Counted from the first letter of the stretch, positions 29,863-38,966 are shown. The stretch: DNA of 64,000 nt from an uncultured virus (IMG/VR IMGVR_UViG_3300025070_000011) (IMGVR_UViG_3300025070_000011); one strand, 5' to 3'. Notes: generated by a model not told the origin, from the sequence alone. Translations and numbers: made by a program.

Positions 29863-30166
29863 AAAGGCTGCTGATTGGATTTCTAAACAATTGAGTGAGA
29901 GAGGAAAAGGATTGGGTGTCAGACTTGGAGTCAAACCCAGTGGTTGTTCCGGTTACAAATACATAATAGAATACGCCGATCATCAAAACATAGACGATAC
30001 AGTTACTAGTGTATCTGGTGTAAATGTCTATGTTGATTCTAAGAGCGCGATCTATCTTTCTGGGTCCAGAGTTGATTTTAAGATAGATGGAATTAACAGC
30101 GGAATAGAGATATCCAATCCAAAAGCAATCGCTCACTGTGGATGCGGGGAGAGTTTCGCCGTCTAA
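29840..30166 (+). CDS. iscA: A-type Fe-S carrier IscA
   Basis: GVRLGVKPSGCSG.KY and NP.....CGCGESF motifs. Confidence 0.93.
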   Translation: MEPIQVTEKAADWISKQLSERGKGLGVRLGVKPSGCSGYKYIIEYADHQNIDDTVTSVSGVNVYVDSKSAIYLSGSRVDFKIDGINSGIEISNPKAIAHCGCGESFAV

Positions 30167-30294
30167 TGTATCTATGCATATGTAATGCCGTTAAAGAGGG
30201 AGACACAACTAGGTATCATTTAATTGGTACTAATTGTGGCAAGTGTGTAGAAAATAAAAACTCCAAATGCAAGGAGAATAAACGTGTCAGATGA
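30166..30294 (+). CDS. minimal Bfd-like [2Fe-2S] ferredoxin, not in ORF track
   Basis: Manual translation MYLCICNAVKEGDTTRYHLIGTNCGKCVENKNSKCKENKRVR; MY.C.CN...G..CGKC pattern of Bfd; TAATG-coupled to iscA. Confidence 0.65.
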   Translation: MYLCICNAVKEGDTTRYHLIGTNCGKCVENKNSKCKENKRVR

Positions 30295-30652
30295 TTTCGA
30301 TTTTGGTTTTACTGCGGTAGATGATATACCGACAGCCCCGATTGCTAATACAACACCAGTAACGGCAGAACTCTCGCCGGACTCACTAGATGCGGTCATG
30401 GACAAACTAGAACAGTTAGAGTCCCGAATACTGTCTGCTGATAACAGTGGTATGATAAATGAACATCGAGCTCTTCTGGAATCGGATGTTGCCAGTAAAC
30501 TAAAGGATGTGGAGATGTTGATTTTGCCCTTGTTGCAGAATCTAAAGAAGAATCCCGAAAAGGATTACATACATTGGCCCAATAGAACCGCGATTATTGA
30601 CAAACAAATTGAAAGAATCACCGCTGTAACTCGCTATTTTGAGCGGATTTGA
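30284..30652 (+). CDS. hypothetical phage protein
   Basis: DFDFGFTAVD and LPLL.NL.KNPEK.YI.WPNR pattern; AGGAG SD. Confidence 0.75.
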   Translation: MSDDFDFGFTAVDDIPTAPIANTTPVTAELSPDSLDAVMDKLEQLESRILSADNSGMINEHRALLESDVASKLKDVEMLILPLLQNLKKNPEKDYIHWPNRTAIIDKQIERITAVTRYFERI

Positions 30653-30676
30653 CCGAAAAAAATTCAAAAAAAATCG

Positions 30677-30747
30677 TAAGCCATTGATTTATAAGGGAAT
30701 CTTTTTTCGGCTGGCCCCTTGACTTCTGCTTCAATAGCTGTCATAAT
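30677..30747 (+). promoter_or_regulatory. putative early promoter with upstream IHF-like 20-bp box
   Basis: TAAGCCATTGATTTATAAGG box, then TTGACT-N17-CATAAT (30719-30747). Confidence 0.75.
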
Positions 30748-30773
30748 GGGTGTTCATTGAGAGTGAGAGTTCT

Positions 30774-33074
30774 ATGAATATTGAGTCAAAGTCCTACCTC
30801 GCCAAACTTCTGGCTACTGAAGACATTGCAATCGAACATGCTAATGTTCCTACCGCCGCGTTTGATCTAAAGGCGCGCAAAATTATCCTGCCAAACTGGA
30901 AGGATATGCCCGACTTTCTTTATGATCTTCTGATCGGCCACGAAGTTGGTCACGGTTTGGTGACCCCGCCAGAAGGTTGGCACGATGCAGTGTGTTCTAA
31001 GGGTGCGGGTTTCAAATCCTTTCTTAATGTTATCGAAGACGCTCGTAACGAACGACTAGTCAAGCAACGATATCCAGGCCTTGTCAAATCATTCTACAAG
31101 GCTTACCGATACCTGTTTGAAAAAGATTTCTTTGGTGTTGGCGATACCGATGTCAACACTCTGTCATTTATTGACCGCATCAATCTTCACTACAAAATTG
31201 GTTCATTCCTCAATGTTCAGTTTTCTGATACCGAACGCGAAACACTCGCTCGTATCGATGTCGCTGAAGAGTGGGATGATGTAGTTGATATCGCCACCGA
31301 CATTTACGATGGCGCCCTTGAAGAAATGGAAGATCAACAACCAGAAAATCAGTCCGCTCCTGCCAATGGCGAAGATGATAGTGAAGAGACTGAAGGACAA
31401 GGTTCTTCAACCGAGTTGTCCGATGATGCTGAAGACACCGATGACCCCACCGAAGGCGAAGGTCAGTCGGGTGAGACTGATGGCGAAGAGTCTGATGATG
31501 AGTCTGCGCCATCCGGTGCCGCCGATGCTGAACAATCTGATGAAGAGTCTGATGACAGTGAGAGTGGCGAGGCCTCTGCCGAGAGTGGCACCCCCACTCA
31601 ATCCAGCGAAGAATCTATCACTGAACCTATGTCCGAGACCGATCAAAGTTTCCGACAGAATGAAGGTCGCCTTCTAGATGACGGTTCTGAGTCAGTGTTC
31701 ACTGCTTACGTTCCCAAGTTTATCAGTCGCGCTCACAATGTGTTGCCTTCCTCAGAGACTTGGAATTTTGAGTGGAAGTTGTCTCAAAATTATTATGAAC
31801 CAGTTGACTCTAGTAATATCAAAACATATCAAAAAGTTCTGGTAGATACCTTCCGCAGTAAAAACAAATCTGCCATCAATCAATTAGTGATGCAGTTTGA
31901 GATGAAACGCAAGGCGTCAGAGTTACGCAAGGCTCAGGTCAACAACACTGGTAAACTCAACGAAGATAAGTTGTGGGCCTACAAGTTGACCGAAGATTTG
32001 TTTTTGTCAAACACTATCATGCCGTCTGGTCAAAATCATGGCATGTTTATGATTATTGATTTCTCTGGTTCAATGGCACAACATATGGCGGGTACGCTTG
32101 AACAGTTGTTAATTCAAGTTGCCTTCTGCAAACAGGTTGGTATTCCGTTTGATGTTTACGGTTTCAGTTCGCAAATGCCTAACAAAGATGGTATTAGACA
32201 ATCCGACAATGAGAACGAAGTTTCTTTGTGCAGTGGTTCCGGTCTTGTTCAGTTGATTACTTCAGAGTCTTCACCTGCTCAGTACAAAAAAGAATTTGAA
32301 AACTTGTTGATGTTCGCTGACTGTTGGTCTGCCTACACTGCTCGACGTTGGAGAGGCGCCGAGTCCAAATACTACATTTCTCCATATGATATGCCAAGGC
32401 ATATGCAGTTGGGTTCTACTCCGCTTGCTAGTGCAATGATGATTGCAATCGATGTGGCAAAAGAATTCAAAGACCGCAACCGCATTGAAGTAATGAACAC
32501 CATTGTTCTTTCCGATGGTGGTAACACCGACGAGTATGAAATTTTTGCCGATGCGAATGATGATTCATATTGGTCTGAACACAAAAGTGTTAATGCCACC
32601 AAACTGATTCTAAAACGTGGCACTACTTCTGTCATGGTTCGACATCCCAAGTCAGTCTATCGCAATCAGTATCGTTTGGGCCGAGAGATTAGTCTTCTCG
32701 CTGGTATTGCTATGTTTAGAAAGATCACTGGTTCGCGCATGGTAAACTTCTGGATTTGTTCAAAGAAAAAATCTGAAGTCAAGAATGCTTGGAATTGGGT
32801 GACCTTAAGCGAATACACTTGGGCAGAACCACAAGAGTTCTCTGCCCCATACAAGTCTCATTGGATGAAGAAAGATTACATGGCAGTTGACAGTGCATGG
32901 GGTTACGATCAGACTTTCCTAATCAAAGGCGGTGCTGACCTTGAAATTGATGACGCCCAATTGGATATCAAGTCTGACAAAAAGTCCGATGTACTGCGCG
33001 GATTCCGCCAGTTTCAGTCTAAAAAGTCGAATTCCCGACATTTCATTAACCGATTCGTTGACATGGTTGCCTAA
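30774..33074 (+). CDS. CobT-like metallopeptidase + VWA domain protein
   Basis: HEVGH HExxH, N..ED.R, acidic linker, DFSGSM MIDAS, STPL, LSDG; partner of the downstream AAA ATPase. Confidence 0.85.
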   Translation: MNIESKSYLAKLLATEDIAIEHANVPTAAFDLKARKIILPNWKDMPDFLYDLLIGHEVGHGLVTPPEGWHDAVCSKGAGFKSFLNVIEDARNERLVKQRYPGLVKSFYKAYRYLFEKDFFGVGDTDVNTLSFIDRINLHYKIGSFLNVQFSDTERETLARIDVAEEWDDVVDIATDIYDGALEEMEDQQPENQSAPANGEDDSEETEGQGSSTELSDDAEDTDDPTEGEGQSGETDGEESDDESAPSGAADAEQSDEESDDSESGEASAESGTPTQSSEESITEPMSETDQSFRQNEGRLLDDGSESVFTAYVPKFISRAHNVLPSSETWNFEWKLSQNYYEPVDSSNIKTYQKVLVDTFRSKNKSAINQLVMQFEMKRKASELRKAQVNNTGKLNEDKLWAYKLTEDLFLSNTIMPSGQNHGMFMIIDFSGSMAQHMAGTLEQLLIQVAFCKQVGIPFDVYGFSSQMPNKDGIRQSDNENEVSLCSGSGLVQLITSESSPAQYKKEFENLLMFADCWSAYTARRWRGAESKYYISPYDMPRHMQLGSTPLASAMMIAIDVAKEFKDRNRIEVMNTIVLSDGGNTDEYEIFADANDDSYWSEHKSVNATKLILKRGTTSVMVRHPKSVYRNQYRLGREISLLAGIAMFRKITGSRMVNFWICSKKKSEVKNAWNWVTLSEYTWAEPQEFSAPYKSHWMKKDYMAVDSAWGYDQTFLIKGGADLEIDDAQLDIKSDKKSDVLRGFRQFQSKKSNSRHFINRFVDMVA

Positions 33075-33152
33075 GTGATTGATTTTAAAGGGAAAGAAAA
33101 TCAAATTATTTCGCTTTGGCCCCTTGACTTTTGCTTCGGTATGTAGTAAGCT
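33072..33152 (+). promoter_or_regulatory. putative early promoter with upstream IHF-like box
   Basis: TAAGTGATTGATTTTAAAGG box, then TTGACT-N17-TAAGCT (33124-33152). Confidence 0.65.
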
Positions 33153-33192
33153 AGTATAGTAAAGTGAGAAATTCAGAGAGAGTGAGTATATT

Positions 33193-34377
33193 ATGAGTAT
33201 TAAACAGAAAGATCAGTTGTTGTCCGCCCTTGCCGATTCTAATAATCAGTCGGGTATCTTCTCAAAATCAGAGGTTATGGATATTGCCCGTGAGGCGGGT
33301 CTCAAAAATCCGATGTGGTTTTTCAAAGAGGCCAAGGTTGGTCGCAATCAATTCAACCCCATGATGGTCGGACAAGTTGTGACTATGCCGACACCCGCTG
33401 AACCAATTGCAGTAATTCAATCGCAACCAGAACCAGTTGCAGTTGCCGCTGCAAAGGTTCTCAGTCAGGCTAAACTTGTTGTGGAAATCGAAAACTTAGT
33501 TCCCGCCAAAGATTCAACATATGTTCCTTTCGGTTTCTATCGTGACCTAGTGAACATTGTCAAGTCTGGCATGTTCTACCCTACATTCATTTGCGGTTTG
33601 TCCGGTAACGGTAAAACCATGATGGTCGAACAGGTTTGCGCCAAACTCAAACGTGAAGCAATCCGTGTCAATATCTCAATCGAAACCGATGAAGATGATC
33701 TGATTGGTGGTAACACGCTTGTCGATGGTAACGTAGTCTATCGTGAAGGTCCGGTACTGACCGCCATGAAACGTGGCGCAGTGTTGATCCTTGATGAGAT
33801 TGACCGTGGATCAAACAAGTTGATGTGTCTACAGGCAATCCTTGAAGGCAAACCCTACTTCAACAAAAAGACTGGCGAAGTTATTACTCCCGCCTCTGGT
33901 TTCAATGTGATCGCTACTGCGAACACCAAGGGCCGTGGTTCCGATGACGGTAAGTTCATGGGTGCCCAAGTTCTTGATGAGGCATTCCTCGAGCGATTTG
34001 CAATCACAGTCGAACAAGAATACCCTTCTGCCGCTCAAGAGAAAAAGATTGTTCTCAACAAAATGGCAGTTGCCGATTGCGTTGATGATGAGTTTGCCGA
34101 CAAGTTGGTACTCTGGGCTGATGTGATCCGAAAGACTTTCTATGAAGGTGGCATCGATGAGTTGGTTTCGACTCGCCGTCTGGAACACATTGTCAAGGCG
34201 TTCGCCATGTTCAAAGACCGACTCAAGGCGATTCAGTTGTGCGTCAATCGATTCGACACTGACACCAAGTCTGCCTTCATTGACCTGTACACCAAGGTTG
34301 ATGCTGGTGTCGATCTCACTGAGACCTCAGAAGAAGATATCGCCGATGAAAAAGAGGCAGATGAATATGACATCTAA
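33193..34377 (+). CDS. cobS: CobS-like MoxR AAA+ ATPase
   Basis: GLSGNGKT, ETDEDDLIGG, LILDEID, ATANTKG.G, AFLERF, STRRL motifs. Confidence 0.88.
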   Translation: MSIKQKDQLLSALADSNNQSGIFSKSEVMDIAREAGLKNPMWFFKEAKVGRNQFNPMMVGQVVTMPTPAEPIAVIQSQPEPVAVAAAKVLSQAKLVVEIENLVPAKDSTYVPFGFYRDLVNIVKSGMFYPTFICGLSGNGKTMMVEQVCAKLKREAIRVNISIETDEDDLIGGNTLVDGNVVYREGPVLTAMKRGAVLILDEIDRGSNKLMCLQAILEGKPYFNKKTGEVITPASGFNVIATANTKGRGSDDGKFMGAQVLDEAFLERFAITVEQEYPSAAQEKKIVLNKMAVADCVDDEFADKLVLWADVIRKTFYEGGIDELVSTRRLEHIVKAFAMFKDRLKAIQLCVNRFDTDTKSAFIDLYTKVDAGVDLTETSEEDIADEKEADEYDI

Positions 34378-34645
34378 TATCGATTATCGATACAACGAGT
34401 TTGCGTTGATTAGTGAGTTGGAAGATTATGTTAATTCTACATATACCGAACACTACTCCAAGAACAAGTTTCAGGCCACTGAGTTTATCATTGACGGTGG
34501 CCACGGTGAAGGTTTCTGCCTCGGTAATATCCTAAAGTACACTCAACGATATGGTAATAAGGAAGGCAAGAACCGTAAAGACCTCTTGAAAGTACTTCAT
34601 TATGCCCTAATTGCACTGCATGTTCACGATTTAGAACATCAGTAA
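34367..34645 (+). CDS. DUF3310-like protein
   Basis: HYS...Q....I....GEGFCLGNILKY..RYG.K.G...DLLK.LHY motif. Confidence 0.8.
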   Translation: MTSNIDYRYNEFALISELEDYVNSTYTEHYSKNKFQATEFIIDGGHGEGFCLGNILKYTQRYGNKEGKNRKDLLKVLHYALIALHVHDLEHQ

Positions 34646-34664
34646 AGGTTCGCCCTTGCGGCGG

Positions 34665-34722
34665 CCGAGAACCGACAGGCCTCTCTCACTCTCTCTCAAC
34701 TTGTCGGTTCTCGGTTTTTTTT
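34665..34722 (+). terminator. intrinsic terminator with a 20-nt CU-rich loop (candidate antisense RNA)
   Basis: 15-bp stem 34665-34679/34700-34714, loop CCTCTCTCACTCTCTCTCAA, followed by T8. Confidence 0.8.
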
Positions 34723-34724
34723 AT

Positions 34725-34732
34725 TATAAATA
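34725..34732 (+). promoter_or_regulatory. late promoter TATAAATA
   Basis: Exact motif right after the terminator. Confidence 0.7.
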
Positions 34733-34768
34733 GAGAGAGAAATATCAACCCCCGTAATGGAGAGAATA

Positions 34769-35104
34769 ATGGCTTATAGAAAAGTTACAACGTTTACAAG
34801 AACCGATGCAGAATCAGAGTGGCCTTTTTGGGCAACGGAATTGCTGGGTACTGACTACGACGCTCAATCCACTGCTTGGCTGGATTGGATGACCGGAAGA
34901 ACGGATGTCTCAATGACAAATGACTTCAGTGATCCTTTGAGTGTTGTGATTAAATTAAACTTTGCGGATGAAGCAGCATACATTGCTTGGAACACTGCAA
35001 GAAGTGATGCTGGACATCCAGATGATTACTTGGGTAACTCGGAAGTGACCAGTTATTGTACTACAAATAGTATTACAATCGCTCACACTACGGAGTCAGA
35101 TTAA
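34769..35104 (+). CDS. hypothetical protein (late)
   Basis: ORF with GGAG SD behind a late promoter. Confidence 0.7.
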   Translation: MAYRKVTTFTRTDAESEWPFWATELLGTDYDAQSTAWLDWMTGRTDVSMTNDFSDPLSVVIKLNFADEAAYIAWNTARSDAGHPDDYLGNSEVTSYCTTNSITIAHTTESD

Positions 35105-35107
35105 CCC

Positions 35108-35136
35108 TTGACATTTGAGTGTCGTTTTGTTATTAT
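35108..35136 (+). promoter_or_regulatory. sigma70-type promoter for the gp45 operon
   Basis: TTGACA-N17-TATTAT. Confidence 0.75.
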
Positions 35137-35161
35137 GTAGTTTGTTTGATTGGAGTTTATT

Positions 35162-35818
35162 ATGATGAAAGTTTCTAAGTCCACCCTTGATACATTCAAG
35201 AACTTTGCCTCTATCAACACGAATCTTCTGATTCGTGAGGGGCAAACTCTTGCTACTGTGTCAAATTCTATGAACATTCTGTGCCGTGCAACGGTTACGG
35301 AAAGTTTTCCCAAAGAGTTTGCTATCTACGATCTCAATCAGTTTTTGTCTTTGTTGACAATGGATGAGAATGCTGACCTTGAGTTTGGTGATGAGTCAGT
35401 CACCGTACAAACCAATGCCGGTAAGTTTGAATTCTATTACGCTGAACCGTCTGTGATTAAAGCTGCACCAGACAAAGAGATTCAAGTAGAAACGCTGTAC
35501 GAATTCCCGATTGCCAAAGAAAACATTCAGACAATCTATCGTGCCGCGTCTGCTATCTCTGCTCCCTTCCTGCGAGTAATTGGTGATGGTAGTCAGGTAT
35601 CACTCTCTGTTGGTGATCCCAATACTCCCAAGAGTAATTCTTTCACTACCATTCTTGGTGATAGTAGTTTGGAATTTGATGCACGACTCTCAATTGAGTC
35701 GCTCAAGATTATCCCAGACTCTTACGTTGTCACAGTCGGTACTGCGCCAGTAATTATGTTTACCAATGATGAAAGAACATACTGGTTGGCATTGGACCCA
35801 AGTTCAAAAACACAGTAA
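35162..35818 (+). CDS. gp45: sliding clamp gp45
   Basis: MK.SK.TL..FKNFASIN..L and F.IYDLNQFL motifs. Confidence 0.93.
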   Translation: MMKVSKSTLDTFKNFASINTNLLIREGQTLATVSNSMNILCRATVTESFPKEFAIYDLNQFLSLLTMDENADLEFGDESVTVQTNAGKFEFYYAEPSVIKAAPDKEIQVETLYEFPIAKENIQTIYRAASAISAPFLRVIGDGSQVSLSVGDPNTPKSNSFTTILGDSSLEFDARLSIESLKIIPDSYVVTVGTAPVIMFTNDERTYWLALDPSSKTQ

Positions 35819-35828
35819 GAGGTCTCAA

Positions 35829-36443
35829 ATGTTAGAAGTAGGTCAGAGACTTCCACAGGAAGTCGTATTCAAAACTCGGACCCGTTGTCCAAACATGGAC
35901 TCTATGGGTCACCCAAATCCCTACAAGTGGGAGGATGTACTTTCTGCCGATTTGTTTAAGGACAAGAGAGTCATTCTATTTTCATTGCCTGGGGCTTATA
36001 CCCCGACATGTTCTGCGTATCAATTGCCAGGCTATGAAGAGAACTATACGTTTTTTCAGTCAAAGGGGATTGATGAAATCTATTGCGTCTCCGTCAATGA
36101 TACCTTTGTGATGAACGCATGGTTCCGATACCAAAACATTAAAGGTGTAAAACCGATCCCCGATGGTTCTGGTAAGTTTACTAAAGAACTGGGCATGTTG
36201 GTTGACAAAGATAACCTTGGTTTTGGTATGCGGTCTTGGAGATATGCCCTGCTGGTGAATGACGGCGTTATTGAAAAGTCGTTTGTTGAAGCTGGCATCT
36301 GCGACAACAATGAAGATGACCCATATGAAGTATCTGATCCCGCAACAATGGCATCATATATCATGGAAGAAAGTGAAGTTGGTGGGCATCAACTAGAACT
36401 TAATTTGGAAGAGTCTCTTGGGACTCAAGATAAAATTGGATAA
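35829..36443 (+). CDS. peroxiredoxin (Prx5 / redoxin type)
   Basis: FSLPGAYTPTCS, SVND.FVM.AW, DG.G.FT..LGM, GFG.RSWRY motifs. Confidence 0.92.
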   Translation: MLEVGQRLPQEVVFKTRTRCPNMDSMGHPNPYKWEDVLSADLFKDKRVILFSLPGAYTPTCSAYQLPGYEENYTFFQSKGIDEIYCVSVNDTFVMNAWFRYQNIKGVKPIPDGSGKFTKELGMLVDKDNLGFGMRSWRYALLVNDGVIEKSFVEAGICDNNEDDPYEVSDPATMASYIMEESEVGGHQLELNLEESLGTQDKIG

Positions 36444-36451
36444 GGAGTAGT

Positions 36452-36610
36452 ATGGCTACTGCATGGCGTAAAAATAATCAACGCGCTCGTCGAGTTGTGG
36501 CACTTGAAAACCTCAAGAGTGCCAAGTTTTTCCCCAAAGGTGATCGCACCGAACAGAAGTGGGAAGAGAATCGACAACAACAAATTGAGGTGCTTGAAAA
36601 AAGGATATAA
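36452..36610 (+). CDS. small basic hypothetical protein, not in ORF track
   Basis: MATAWRKNNQRARRVVALENLK...EKRI, 52 aa; AAGGAG SD; fills the gap up to gp44. Confidence 0.7.
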   Translation: MATAWRKNNQRARRVVALENLKSAKFFPKGDRTEQKWEENRQQQIEVLEKRI

Positions 36611-37542
36611 TGATGAATGAATTTCTCTGGGTGGAGAAGTACAGACCGCAGACTATCTCGGAGTGTGTATTACCGAGTAGACTGAAAGAAGTATTTCAAT
36701 CTTTTGTTGACCAGAAAGAAATTCCTAACATGTTGCTCTGTGGTACTGCCGGTACTGGTAAGACCACAGTTGCTCGTGCTCTTTGTAATGAATTAGAATG
36801 TGACTACATCATTATCAATGGATCAGATGAATCTGGCATTGATGTTCTCAGAACAAAGATTAGGGACTTTGCAAGTACGGTAAGTTTCGGTGGTAAGACC
36901 AAGGTGGTCATACTAGACGAGGCAGACTATTTAAACCCCAACTCAACGCAACCAGCTTTGCGTGCCTTTATCGAAGAGTTTTCTAAAAACTGTCGATTCA
37001 TTTTTACCTGTAACTTCAAGAATCGAATCATCGAACCACTTCACAGTCGGACAACGGTGGTTGAATTCAAACTCAAGAAAGATGAGAAACCTCAGATGGC
37101 ATCTGCCTTCATGAGTCGCATCTCAAATATCTTGGGTGAAGAAAACATCGAATACTCCGAAAAGGTTCTCGCCGAACTTTTGATGAAGTACTTTCCAGAC
37201 TATCGTAGGACACTAAACGAACTTCAAAGGTACTCTAGGTTTGGTGCAATCGATGAGGGTATCCTTAGTAACATTGCCGAAGTCAACATGAAGGGGTTGT
37301 GTGACAGTCTCAAAGACAAAGACTTCAAGAAGATGCGGCAGTGGGTTTCTAACAATGTGGATACGGACCCGCAAGGCCTGTACCGTAAAATTTATGACAC
37401 TCTTTTGGAAAGAGTTGTACAGGTGCCGCATCTCGTTCTATTGATTGCAGACTACCAGTACAAGTCTGCGTTTGTTGCCGACCAAGAAATCAATCTGACC
37501 GCATGTCTGGTTGATATTATGGCAAACGTGGATATGAAATGA
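36610..37542 (+). CDS. gp44: clamp loader large subunit gp44
   Basis: LWVEKYRP, GTAGTGKTT, ILDEAD, PLHSR motifs. Confidence 0.96.
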   Translation: MMNEFLWVEKYRPQTISECVLPSRLKEVFQSFVDQKEIPNMLLCGTAGTGKTTVARALCNELECDYIIINGSDESGIDVLRTKIRDFASTVSFGGKTKVVILDEADYLNPNSTQPALRAFIEEFSKNCRFIFTCNFKNRIIEPLHSRTTVVEFKLKKDEKPQMASAFMSRISNILGEENIEYSEKVLAELLMKYFPDYRRTLNELQRYSRFGAIDEGILSNIAEVNMKGLCDSLKDKDFKKMRQWVSNNVDTDPQGLYRKIYDTLLERVVQVPHLVLLIADYQYKSAFVADQEINLTACLVDIMANVDMK

Positions 37543-38330
37543 GGTTGATATCCGGCGATCTATCCACAATTGGCAAAGGTGCCGCTGAAGCAATTGCTGA
37601 AGAAGTTTTGCAATATGGTGTTGTTGTTATACGAGATCAAAACTTGACCCCAGATGAAGAGGTTAGGGTTTGCAAGATGATCGGCAATGTACAAGAGTAC
37701 ACCGATGCGGATAGAACAAAACATATTGCTTGTCATCCAAACATACTGCGGGTCACCGGACAGAAAGATCAACACGGCGAGCCAGGATTGTTTGGACATA
37801 CAAGTGCTCTTGACTGGCATGCCAATCAGGCAAGTAACTATGAACGAGACCCTTTGATCTGGTTGTACGGGAAGAAAAGTACCGAGGGAAGTTGTACCAG
37901 TTGGATCGATATGAGAAGGGCATATGAAGATTTGCCAAGAGATGAAAAGAATCGTCTACGGAAAATAAAGATCACTCTGGGATATAAGTCTGGTTCTTAT
38001 TCCGACAGTCAATTCTTCAAAGAACATCATGCCACTGACAGACCATTTGATCTGGTGTATACTAACGAGTATGGTATTACTGGTTTGTACTTTCCGTTCC
38101 TACAAATTTTTGGTATGGTGGGGATGGATAAAATACAGTTTGAAGAAACGATGTCAATGCTTAAGGAACATGTGTTACAAGATCAGTACAGGTATGACCA
38201 CTATTGGCAAGACGGTGATGTGGTCATCAGTGAACAGTGGTTGACCATCCACAAACGATGGGAGTGTGATTTTATGGAAGATAGAGTACTGCATCGAATC
38301 GCATTTGATTACAGTAAGACAAATATATGA
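37539..38330 (+). CDS. TauD/TfdA-like Fe(II)/2-oxoglutarate dioxygenase with variant H-x-N motif
   Basis: GVVVIRDQ.LT, DWHAN, T.W.DM..AY..LP, H.WQ.GD.VI.....T.H.R, RVLHR. Confidence 0.8.
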   Translation: MRLISGDLSTIGKGAAEAIAEEVLQYGVVVIRDQNLTPDEEVRVCKMIGNVQEYTDADRTKHIACHPNILRVTGQKDQHGEPGLFGHTSALDWHANQASNYERDPLIWLYGKKSTEGSCTSWIDMRRAYEDLPRDEKNRLRKIKITLGYKSGSYSDSQFFKEHHATDRPFDLVYTNEYGITGLYFPFLQIFGMVGMDKIQFEETMSMLKEHVLQDQYRYDHYWQDGDVVISEQWLTIHKRWECDFMEDRVLHRIAFDYSKTNI

Positions 38331-38509
38331 TTTGGTTATTATTCATAGTGTTATCCAGAGAACCCGTAGACGTTCATGTTCTGGAAGGTACTTTTGAAAC
38401 GAAACAAGAATGTCAGGATGCTATGATTGCTCATGCTATTATGGCTGGTTTCTCTGGTCAAGAGTTTAAAGCTGCTTACTGTAAGGAGACAGAACATGAG
38501 TCTCGGTGA
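38327..38509 (+). CDS. small hypothetical protein
   Basis: ATGA-coupled; hydrophobic N-terminus, F.T..EC...C pattern. Confidence 0.6.
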   Translation: MIWLLFIVLSREPVDVHVLEGTFETKQECQDAMIAHAIMAGFSGQEFKAAYCKETEHESR

Positions 38510-38945
38510 TCTGCTGGGTGAAAAACCTAAACAAGATATAGACGTAGAACAGTTTCAAGTCAAACAAAAGTCTATCAGTCCGTTTGACTTTGCTGGTAGT
38601 ATCACTCACACCAAAGAAAATTTGATGGTAGATGATTGGTCTGAGAAACAGTATAGTCCTTTCATTGTGAACAAGTCTCTGTCGCATGGTAGTGATACGG
38701 TCTATGCGGCGAATGAGATGAATGCAAGACCGCACATTGATTATAAGATGCAGTATGATTTTCTCCGTGGTATCATACGCAAGAAGAAACGATTCAACAA
38801 GTGGATCAAACCGGAGAAAGAAAATGACATTGAGATCGTCAAGGAGTACTTTGGATATAGCAATGTAAAAGCAATTGAGGCTTTGAGGATACTAAGTGAT
38901 GATGATCTTCAGAGGATTACTAAACTATTGAATAGGGGTGGATAA
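38496..38945 (+). CDS. gp62: clamp loader small subunit gp62
   Basis: Y.PFIVNK.LS, ANEMN, QYDF...I.K.KRF.KW, EYFGYS..KA motifs. Confidence 0.9.
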   Translation: MSLGDLLGEKPKQDIDVEQFQVKQKSISPFDFAGSITHTKENLMVDDWSEKQYSPFIVNKSLSHGSDTVYAANEMNARPHIDYKMQYDFLRGIIRKKKRFNKWIKPEKENDIEIVKEYFGYSNVKAIEALRILSDDDLQRITKLLNRGG

Positions 38946-38958
38946 AAAATCAGCAAAT

Positions 38959-38966
38959 TATAAATA
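38959..38966 (+). promoter_or_regulatory. late-type promoter TATAAATA before regA
   Basis: Exact motif, intergenic. Confidence 0.55.

Noticed and set aside
30774..34377. Cobalamin biosynthesis auxiliary genes (cobST)
   Set aside because: No cobN or other cob genes; the pair is a generic MoxR/VWA system with a protease domain
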